Of a stretch of 64,000 nucleotides of DNA, positions 57,045 through 64,000 are shown in pieces. The stretch lies in contig JBGAON010000001.1 in assembly GCA_044221725.1 (NCBI GenBank), forward strand, positions 96,001 through 160,000, read 5' to 3'. The first letter of the stretch is position 1. The number at the start of each line of letters is the position of its first letter. This stretch comes from Elusimicrobiota bacterium. Lineage in GTDB: Bacteria > Elusimicrobiota > Elusimicrobia > F11. The notes below the pieces were generated by a model that saw only the letters and a list, made by a program, of their open reading frames with translations, was not told the DNA's origin and searched no databases. The translations under genes and the position numbers were made by a program.

Positions 57045-57725
57045 ATGAAACGGCATTTTGAAGAACTCGAAGAGGAATTGAAATATCGTTTGCTGCATAT
57101 GGGAAGTCTCGTTGAAGAGATGATCCATATGGCCGTGCTCAGCCTTCTTGAACGATCGGACAAACCGCTGCAAAAGGTTCACGAGAACGAAAAAGAAGTG
57201 AATCAGCTTCATATTGAAATCGACGATCGTTGCTTGAAATTGTTGGCGCTTTATCAGCCTGCCGCCGCAGACCTTCGATTTATCGTTGGGGCTCTGAAAA
57301 TCAATTCGGATCTTGAACGCATTGGAGACCAAGCGGTCAACATTGCACAGACATCGGCGTTGTTGCTGAACCAGCCTCAACTCGAGAAAAAACTTTTTGA
57401 TATTCCCCGCATGGCCGAATTGGCAAAACGCATGGTAAAAGACAGCCTTGATGCTTACGTGAAACGCGATGTGGACCTAGCGCGTTTGGTCGTATCGCGC
57501 GACGCGGAGGAAGATAAGTTGAAAAGCGAAGCGTTTCATGAGCTCATGCATCTCATGCAATCGGATTCGTCGACGATCAATCGCGCGTTGAGTCTTATCC
57601 TTATTTCCCGAAACCTGGAGCGCATAGCCGATCATTCCACGAACATTGCCGAGGACGTGATCTTTATGGTGCTCGGAAAAGATATTCGCCATCACGTGGG
57701 CGACCTCACGTCCATTAAGATTTAA
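57045..57725 (+). CDS. phoU: Phosphate signalling protein PhoU
   Basis: QPAAADLR, DLERIGD, LERIADH.TNIAE. Confidence 0.95.
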   Translation: MKRHFEELEEELKYRLLHMGSLVEEMIHMAVLSLLERSDKPLQKVHENEKEVNQLHIEIDDRCLKLLALYQPAAADLRFIVGALKINSDLERIGDQAVNIAQTSALLLNQPQLEKKLFDIPRMAELAKRMVKDSLDAYVKRDVDLARLVVSRDAEEDKLKSEAFHELMHLMQSDSSTINRALSLILISRNLERIADHSTNIAEDVIFMVLGKDIRHHVGDLTSIKI

Positions 57726-57789
57726 CCCTCTTATTTAGTATCTTCCCGCCTCTACAGCCGACGTATATCCCACAACAGAGGTGTTGTTT

Positions 57790-58416
57790 ATGTTTTCGTC
57801 TTTCATCCCGCGCGAAGAACAATTTTTCGATTTGCTTGAGAACGCTGCCGTTAACGCGCACAAAGCAGCCACCACGTTTAAATTACTCATGCACGAGTGG
57901 AACGAAAAGTCCGATTTGTTTGAAAAGATTCGGTCTATCGAGAGCGAGGGCGACATGCTCACGCACGAAATCATCGACAAATTAAACCGCACGTTCGTTA
58001 CGCCGCTCGATCGCGAAGATATTCATAATCTCGCTGGGCAAATTGACGATGTGTGCGATATTCTTCAGGCCCTTTCCGACCGTATGCAGCTCTACGATCT
58101 CGGAACGAAAATGCCCGAAACCATGGTCAAAATGGCCGACTTGCTGGAAGATAGCGCGCAAAGCATGGAAATGGCCGTCAAAGAGTTCCACAATTTTCGC
58201 CGAACCAGTCGCGTGCACGATCATTGCATCCAAATCAAAGGCATTGAGAATGCCGCGGACGATTTGCTGAAGCATGCATTGGCCGCGCTCTTCAAGTCGT
58301 CGGATACGATGATGGTTATTAAATGGAAAGAGATTTATGAAACGATCGAAGACGCGCATGACAAGATGTCCCACATCGCGAACACGCTTGAAGGCATCAT
58401 CGTTAAAAACGCCTAG
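57790..58416 (+). CDS. DUF47 (PhoU-like) Pit accessory protein
   Basis: FVTPLDREDI, IENAAD, IKWKEIYE; precedes pit. Confidence 0.85.
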   Translation: MFSSFIPREEQFFDLLENAAVNAHKAATTFKLLMHEWNEKSDLFEKIRSIESEGDMLTHEIIDKLNRTFVTPLDREDIHNLAGQIDDVCDILQALSDRMQLYDLGTKMPETMVKMADLLEDSAQSMEMAVKEFHNFRRTSRVHDHCIQIKGIENAADDLLKHALAALFKSSDTMMVIKWKEIYETIEDAHDKMSHIANTLEGIIVKNA

Positions 58417-58429
58417 CAATTAAGTCCGT

Positions 58430-59422
58430 ATGACGCACACCTACATTCTCTTCCTTATTATCGCGGTCGCGCTGACCTTTGATTTCATCAACGGTTTCCA
58501 CGATTCCGCAAATTCCATAGCCACCGTTGTTTCCACGCGTGTGTTGTCACCGCGCTCGGCCGTGGTTTGGGCGGCGTTCTTTAATTTCGTGGCGGCGTTC
58601 GCATTTGAAGTGAAGGTGGCGACGACGATCGGGAAAGGCGTTATTCACGCGGGGGTTCCCGACGCGCGCGTTATATTGGCGGGGCTGTTGGCCGCGATCA
58701 TTTGGAATTTGCTCACGTGGTATTGGGGATTACCGTCAAGCTCATCGCACACGCTCATTGGTGGTTTTGCAGGAGCGGCTGTCATCAAGGCGGGTTGGGG
58801 CGCCATCATCATGGCGGGTTTCTTAAAAATTGCGGCTTTCATTATCATTTCGCCGGTGCTGGGCTTCGTGTTTGGTTTTCTTTTAATGGCTATCGTTTTG
58901 AATATTTTCCAGCACATGGCGCCGGACCGCGTTGATCGATATTTCCGCCGTGGCCAACTTTTTTCGGCAGCGTTGTACAGTCTCGGTCACGGTACGAACG
59001 ACGCGCAGAAAACCATGGGCATCATTTATATTTTGCTGATTTCAACCGGACATTTGGCGGATCACGCGCCGGTTCCTGTCTGGGTGATCCTCGCTTGCCA
59101 CGCGGCGATGGGTGTTGGCACATTGTTTGGGGGCTGGCGGATCGTCAAAACCATGGGACAGAAAATGGTGAAACTGAAACCTGTTGGCGGATTCTGCGCT
59201 GAAACCGGAGGCGCCGTCATGCTGATCGGAACAGCGCTCGCCGGAATCCCCGTAAGCACGACGCATACCATTACCGGTGCCATCATGGGCGTCGGCGCTA
59301 CGCACCGCGCTTCGGCCGTTAAATGGGGCGTCGCAACAAAAATTGTTTGGGCGTGGATTCTAACGATTCCTGTTTCTTTTGCGGTCGGAGCATTGATCTA
59401 CAAGCTTTCTTTCGTTTTTTAA
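58430..59422 (+). CDS. pit: Inorganic phosphate transporter (Pit family)
   Basis: NGFHDSAN, GLPSSSSH, HGTNDAQK, PVSTTH. Confidence 0.9.
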   Translation: MTHTYILFLIIAVALTFDFINGFHDSANSIATVVSTRVLSPRSAVVWAAFFNFVAAFAFEVKVATTIGKGVIHAGVPDARVILAGLLAAIIWNLLTWYWGLPSSSSHTLIGGFAGAAVIKAGWGAIIMAGFLKIAAFIIISPVLGFVFGFLLMAIVLNIFQHMAPDRVDRYFRRGQLFSAALYSLGHGTNDAQKTMGIIYILLISTGHLADHAPVPVWVILACHAAMGVGTLFGGWRIVKTMGQKMVKLKPVGGFCAETGGAVMLIGTALAGIPVSTTHTITGAIMGVGATHRASAVKWGVATKIVWAWILTIPVSFAVGALIYKLSFVF

Positions 59423-59460
59423 TTCCATAAAATAACCGTCCCTCGAAAGGATGGTCTTGC

Positions 59461-60477
59461 ATGAAGAAGATTCAAAACCCGCCGAATCCGTTCGATTCGA
59501 CCGAACGCGAATTGTTGGAGCCAGCACCGGACGCGCGACTCGAAATCTACGACGATGCCAGCCGCAGTATTCTCACGCACAACGATAGCCCGGATTTAAA
59601 TTTCAAATGGAGCGTGAATCCGTACCGCGGATGTTTCCACTCGTGCGCGTACTGCTACGCACGGCGTTACCACGAATATCTTGATATGGGCGCGGGAACG
59701 GATTTTGAGTCAAAGCTCGTCCTTAAGCGCGATGCGGCGACGCTCTTGCGCGCCGAGTTTCTGAAAAAATCGTGGAAGGGAGAAAATGTCGTCTTCTCGG
59801 GCATCACCGATTGTTATCAGCCCATCGAGGCCGTGTACAAACTTACGCAGCAATGTTTGACCGTTTGTCTCGAATTTCAGAATCCCGCATCGATTATCAC
59901 CAAGTCGTTTCTCGCCACGCGCGACGTCGAATTGTTTGCCGAGCTTCATCGCCGCTCGTATTTTGCGGCGGTGGTCAGCATTCCGTTCGCGACCGATGCG
60001 ATGGCGAAAAAGATCGAGCCCCAAGCTTCAAGCGCAACGAAACGGTTTAAGACCATTGAGATGCTGGCGAAGGCCGGCATTCCCGTTGGTGTTTCGCTTG
60101 CTCCCACGATTCCCGGTTTAAACGAAAATGATATTCCAGTCGTTATGAAACGCGCGAAGGACCTGGGGGCGCGGTTCGCTTTCCATACATTGGTTCGGCT
60201 GTCCGGAAGTGTGTTGCCGGTGTTCGAAGAAAAGATCAAGGCGGCGCTTCCGGCGGAGCGCGTTGATCGAATTCTGAAACGAATCAGAGATACGCGCGCG
60301 GGCCGCATGAACGATTCGAGTTTCGGATCGCGTCAACGCGGCACGGGCACGTACTGGAAATCCATCGAAGACATGTTCCGGATTTCGCAAGAAAAATTCG
60401 GGTTAAATGATTTTCCGCATTCGCCGTCTCCGTCGAAGTTTCGTGTTCCTTCCGCCCAATTGGAATGGCAGTTTTGA
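59461..60477 (+). CDS. Radical SAM protein (PA0069/Rv2578c-like)
   Basis: SVNPYRGCFHSCAYCYAR, TDCYQPIE. Confidence 0.85.
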   Translation: MKKIQNPPNPFDSTERELLEPAPDARLEIYDDASRSILTHNDSPDLNFKWSVNPYRGCFHSCAYCYARRYHEYLDMGAGTDFESKLVLKRDAATLLRAEFLKKSWKGENVVFSGITDCYQPIEAVYKLTQQCLTVCLEFQNPASIITKSFLATRDVELFAELHRRSYFAAVVSIPFATDAMAKKIEPQASSATKRFKTIEMLAKAGIPVGVSLAPTIPGLNENDIPVVMKRAKDLGARFAFHTLVRLSGSVLPVFEEKIKAALPAERVDRILKRIRDTRAGRMNDSSFGSRQRGTGTYWKSIEDMFRISQEKFGLNDFPHSPSPSKFRVPSAQLEWQF

Positions 60478-60491
60478 TATAGTCCGCCCCT

Positions 60492-61979
60492 ATGAGTGAC
60501 GGTTTAATTATTCCACGGGTGATGAGCACCCAACATCCGGACAACGCGCACGCGCCTTTTTTCTCACAAGGTCCGCAGCTTGGCGGCGAAGAGGAAGTCA
60601 AAGAGGCGTTTTATGTCTATGACTCGCTGGGTTGCGATGAGCAAATGTGGGACCACGAAGGAAAAGAAGTTGACGCCCATGTTGTTCCGAAACTACTAAG
60701 CCAACACAGCCAATTTTTTCGAAAGAAAAAACTCGGCAAAAAAGTTTTCTTGACGCTGCGCGTGCCGAACCCGGCGCGCGAACGCTCGTCGGCGAAAGGA
60801 TTGCTCGAGATTTTGGAAAGCATTCCGCGCTCCTACGACGTGGCGCGCCAATTCTACCGACAAGACATCGCGCCCATTTTCGAAATTATTTTGCCGATGA
60901 CGACGAACGCCACGGAGCTCAATCGAATTTGGAATTACTACCGCGACTATGTTTCCGGAAAGTCCGACCGTCCGGTGTTGCCCGGCGACATCACGTTTAA
61001 AGATTGGATTGGTGATTTTGCTCCGAAGACCATCAACGTAATCCCGTTGATCGAAGACAAGCCATCGCTGATCGCATCCGACCGCATCGTTGAGGATTTC
61101 ATTGCAGGTAAGGAGATTTCCCATCAGCGCGTATTTTTGGCGCGCTCCGACCCAGCGATGACGTACGGTTCGACCAGCGCCGTTCTGTTGATAAAACTTG
61201 CGTTGCACAAACTGCATCAGCTGGAAGTCCGTCGAGGGATCCCGATTTATCCCATTGTTGGACTTGGGTCGGCTCCTTTCCGCGGAAACTTCAAGCCCAC
61301 CAACGCAAAAAGCCGTCTGGCTGGTTATCCGTCCGTTCAAACGTTCACGGTTCAGTCCGCGTTCAAATTCGATTATCCCGAAGAGCTCGTGCGCAAAGCA
61401 ATTTCCACGATTAAAAAAGCGCGGCGTCGTGCGCCGGTACCGATTGAGAACGAGGAAGAATTCGTCGGTCTCATAGACAAGATCTCGGCCACGTATGCAC
61501 GGCAGGTCGAAAAACTTAACTCGCACATCAATACCATGGCGAAGTTCGTTCCGCCGCGTCGCAAACGAAAATTGCACACGGGCCTCTTTGGCTACACGCG
61601 CGCTGTGGCCGGTAAGCGTTTACCGCGGGCCATCAGTTTCTGCTCCTCGCTTTATTCATGGGGCCTTCCACCCGAATTGCTCGGGCTCGCCGATCTAAAG
61701 CCGTCGGACTTGAAACATGTTGTGGAACACTACCCCAACTTCTACAGTGATTTGGGCGAGGCCATGGTGTACTACGACCCGCAGTGCCTGTCCATGTTGC
61801 CGCCAAAAGTGGCTGATGAAATTCGCCACACGGTACGTATCTTAAAGATGGACGTTCAATCGGACCTTATTCATCAGTCGCTCACGCGCGCGATGCGGAA
61901 CTTGTTGGCGAAGAATCACACCGATACGTTGACAGACCTCGTGACACAAGCCGCACGGGAGCGCCGCTTCCTCGGCTGA
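60492..61979 (+). CDS. ppcA: Archaeal-type phosphoenolpyruvate carboxylase
   Basis: IPRVMSTQHPDN, EQMWDHEGK, RVFLARSDPA, GSAPFRG, LPRAISF, RRFLG. Confidence 0.9.
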   Translation: MSDGLIIPRVMSTQHPDNAHAPFFSQGPQLGGEEEVKEAFYVYDSLGCDEQMWDHEGKEVDAHVVPKLLSQHSQFFRKKKLGKKVFLTLRVPNPARERSSAKGLLEILESIPRSYDVARQFYRQDIAPIFEIILPMTTNATELNRIWNYYRDYVSGKSDRPVLPGDITFKDWIGDFAPKTINVIPLIEDKPSLIASDRIVEDFIAGKEISHQRVFLARSDPAMTYGSTSAVLLIKLALHKLHQLEVRRGIPIYPIVGLGSAPFRGNFKPTNAKSRLAGYPSVQTFTVQSAFKFDYPEELVRKAISTIKKARRRAPVPIENEEEFVGLIDKISATYARQVEKLNSHINTMAKFVPPRRKRKLHTGLFGYTRAVAGKRLPRAISFCSSLYSWGLPPELLGLADLKPSDLKHVVEHYPNFYSDLGEAMVYYDPQCLSMLPPKVADEIRHTVRILKMDVQSDLIHQSLTRAMRNLLAKNHTDTLTDLVTQAARERRFLG

Positions 61980-62233
61980 TGCCGGATGTTGATTTATCGC
62001 AGCAGATCCCGCCGAACGCACGTTGGCTTAAGATCCGTTACGAAATGAAACCGCTCAAGGAAGGGGCCAATCTTATTGCTAGGATTTGGTCGGGCAAGCT
62101 GGACGATGCTGTTGTGATCAGCGGCGCAAGCGGCGACGTGTTTGTGCGTCTCGATGCACCGCAAAAAGTATCGTACCAACGGCCCGTAAACATCGATTTG
62201 AAATTAAAAGTTGTCGCGTACAAGGTCGTTTAA
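61979..62233 (+). CDS. Small hypothetical protein
   Basis: 84-aa ORF coupled to ppcA stop. Confidence 0.55.
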   Translation: MPDVDLSQQIPPNARWLKIRYEMKPLKEGANLIARIWSGKLDDAVVISGASGDVFVRLDAPQKVSYQRPVNIDLKLKVVAYKVV

Positions 62234-62236
62234 GTC

Positions 62237-62317
62237 GTCGTCCTGGCCTGCTTTCAGCCAGGATCCAATTTAACTGAAGATTAAAATGGGCCCTGGATAG
62301 AAACGTTCCAGGGCGAC
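62237..62317. repeat. REP-like palindromic element copy 4
   Basis: GTCGTCCTGG..GCCAGGATCCA..TGGGCCCTGGATAGAAACGTTCCAGGGCGAC. Confidence 0.85.
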
Positions 62318-62334
62318 GAGATCAGGAGGATGTG

Positions 62335-62511
62335 ATGTTGCCGAACATAGGAATGGGAGAATTGTTAATCATATTGGTGATCGTTTTGGTGCTGTTCGGA
62401 GCGAACCGCGTGCCGGACGTGGCGCGCAGCTTGGGCAAATCAATTAAGGCATTCAAAGATGGACTCAAAGAAGGAATGGAAGATACCGACGATAAGTTAG
62501 AGAAGAAATAA
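62335..62511 (+). CDS. tatA: Twin-arginine translocase TatA/E (58 aa, absent from ORF track)
   Basis: Manual translation [41 protein letters not shown]..; AGGAGG RBS. Confidence 0.9.
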   Translation: MLPNIGMGELLIILVIVLVLFGANRVPDVARSLGKSIKAFKDGLKEGMEDTDDKLEKK

Positions 62512-63503
62512 TGCAGATCGGAATAATAGGCCTCGGGCGCATGGGCATGAACATGGCCCGTCGATTAATGGCCGCGAAACACGATGTCGTTGTTTATAAC
62601 CGCACCGCGGCAAAAGTGGAAGAAATGGTTAAAGAAGGGGCGGTCGGCACAACGACGCTGTCGGAATTCGTAAAGAAGTTGGCCGGGCCGCGAGTGGTTT
62701 GGTTGATGTTGCCCACCGGAGACGTTCTTGAAGACCACATCGAACAACTTTCCAAGCTTCTCTCGAAGGACGACCTCATCATCGATGGCGGCAACAGTTA
62801 CTACAAAGATGACATTCGCCATGCCGAACACCTGAAAAAATTTGGAATTAAATATCTCGACGCCGGCGTTTCCGGCGGAATTTGGGGACTCAAACTTGGT
62901 TACTGCACAATGGTTGGCGGAGACGCAGCAGACTTTAAACGCATTGAGCCATTGCTGAAAGATTTGTCTCCGAAAGATGGTTACTTGTATTGCGGCGGTA
63001 CCGGTGCGGGTCACTTTGTGAAAATGGTGCACAACGGCATTGAATACGGCATGATGCAAGCGTACGGCGAAGGTTTCGAAATTTTGCAGGCGTCCCCGTA
63101 CAAACCTGACGCGGCAAAAGTAGCGAAACTTTGGAATCAAGGAAGTGTGGTTCGTTCCTGGTTGTTGGAACTGGCCGCCGAAGCGCTTTCGAAAGATTCT
63201 CAACTCTCCGGCGTGGCGGGTTACGTTGAAGATTCGGGTGAAGGTCGGTGGACGGTCCAACAAGCGGTGGAGTCCGGTGTCGCCGCGCCTGTCATCACGC
63301 TGTCGTTGTACCAACGTTTTTTGTCGCGGCAGAAAGATTCGTTCTCGAACAAAGTTCTCGCGGCGCTGCGTGCGCAATTCGGCGGTCATGCCGTTTTGAA
63401 AGACGCTGACGCAAAGCGCACATCGACGGCCGGCGCGGGTGGAATGACCGCGGCTACAGCGCAAGCGGGAGTCAACCCCGCGGGTTTCGACAATAAGAAA
63501 TGA
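62511..63503 (+). CDS. gnd: 6-phosphogluconate dehydrogenase (short type)
   Basis: GLGRMG, IDGGNS, GVSGG, GAGHFVKMVHNGIEYG, FGGHAV. Confidence 0.95.
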   Translation: MQIGIIGLGRMGMNMARRLMAAKHDVVVYNRTAAKVEEMVKEGAVGTTTLSEFVKKLAGPRVVWLMLPTGDVLEDHIEQLSKLLSKDDLIIDGGNSYYKDDIRHAEHLKKFGIKYLDAGVSGGIWGLKLGYCTMVGGDAADFKRIEPLLKDLSPKDGYLYCGGTGAGHFVKMVHNGIEYGMMQAYGEGFEILQASPYKPDAAKVAKLWNQGSVVRSWLLELAAEALSKDSQLSGVAGYVEDSGEGRWTVQQAVESGVAAPVITLSLYQRFLSRQKDSFSNKVLAALRAQFGGHAVLKDADAKRTSTAGAGGMTAATAQAGVNPAGFDNKK

Positions 63504-64000
63504 CCCCATCGCTGCAGCTTTCGAACGTTGTCACCAAAGAGCAACTTTGTGTGATGGACGAGAAATCCGAAAGCTGCGCGATCATTATTTTTGGTGCCTC
63601 GGGTGATCTGACTCACCGTAAGCTTCTCCCTTCTCTCTATTACCTTTTCGTTGAGAAGCATCTTCCGAAAAATTTCTACATCCTCGGCGTCGCGCGCACC
63701 GAAATGTCGAACGATCAATTCCGTGCGAGAATTAGGGCGAACCTGCCTTCTTTGAATGGTGCTTCGCAGCTGGACGAATTTTTGGACCGATTGTTTTATC
63801 GGGCTGGGGATTATGATGCGCCTGAAGTGTATCGCTCGTTGCGCGACACGCTACGCCAGCTCGACCAAAAATTTCAAGTCGGTCCACGCCGGATTTTTTA
63901 TTTATCGACGCCGCCGACATTGTACGCTCCGGTGATCAATCAGCTGGGTCGTTCGGACCTTGCGTACGCAAACTTGAACGATCCAAAAAGCTGGGTGCGC
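63500..64000 (+). CDS. zwf: Glucose-6-phosphate dehydrogenase (runs off window)
   Basis: Manual translation IIIFGASGDLTHRKLLPSLY; ATGA overlap with gnd. Confidence 0.9.
   Translation, partial: MTPSLQLSNVVTKEQLCVMDEKSESCAIIIFGASGDLTHRKLLPSLYYLFVEKHLPKNFYILGVARTEMSNDQFRARIRANLPSLNGASQLDEFLDRLFYRAGDYDAPEVYRSLRDTLRQLDQKFQVGPRRIFYLSTPPTLYAPVINQLGRSDLAYANLNDPKSWVR

Noticed and set aside
59435..59455. Terminator after pit
   Set aside because: Small hairpin ACCGTCC..GGATGGT lacks a U-tract and sits 5 nt before the next start
47274..62317. CRISPR array
   Set aside because: Repeats are dispersed kilobases apart, not regularly spaced; no cas genes

Overview
Positions ~2.5-46.4 kb hold an apparently complete siphovirus-type prophage, integrated by a large serine recombinase at the 3' end of a tRNA-Gln(CTG) gene. 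Its left junction was not found, so kdpDE at 74-2246 may be host or cargo. Right to left it carries: integrase; a cI/cro-like switch; an ECF-like sigma factor broken by an A9 run; recombination/replication genes; terminase; a portal-MuF fusion; a tandem Dam-like methyltransferase; protease/scaffold; capsid; fibre-like proteins inside the head module; a non-contractile tail; lysis genes; then, on the other strand, small orphan genes, an Xer-like recombinase and an IetAS-type AAA ATPase/S8 protease pair. Positions 46.4-64 kb are host DNA of a diderm bacterium: a phosphate/polyphosphate locus (CYTH protein, ppk1, phoBR, porin, pstSCAB-phoU, DUF47-pit) with clear Pho boxes, a radical SAM gene, archaeal-type PEP carboxylase, tatA, gnd, zwf (partial) and four REP-like repeats. 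The most interesting signals are non-coding or sub-genic. (1) Two copies of a 'small DUF2292-like ORF + overlapping antiterminator/terminator RNA' module gate the early and late operons. (2) A symmetric dif-like site lies between terS and terL in a phage encoding its own Xer recombinase. (3) Lys-type cleavage-like motifs bracket both methyltransferase domains, suggesting a capsid-packaged polyprotein. (4) Twin 40-bp promoter-like repeats link replication and excision to the slippage-prone sigma factor. All protein calls are by-eye motif recognition; no database search was run.
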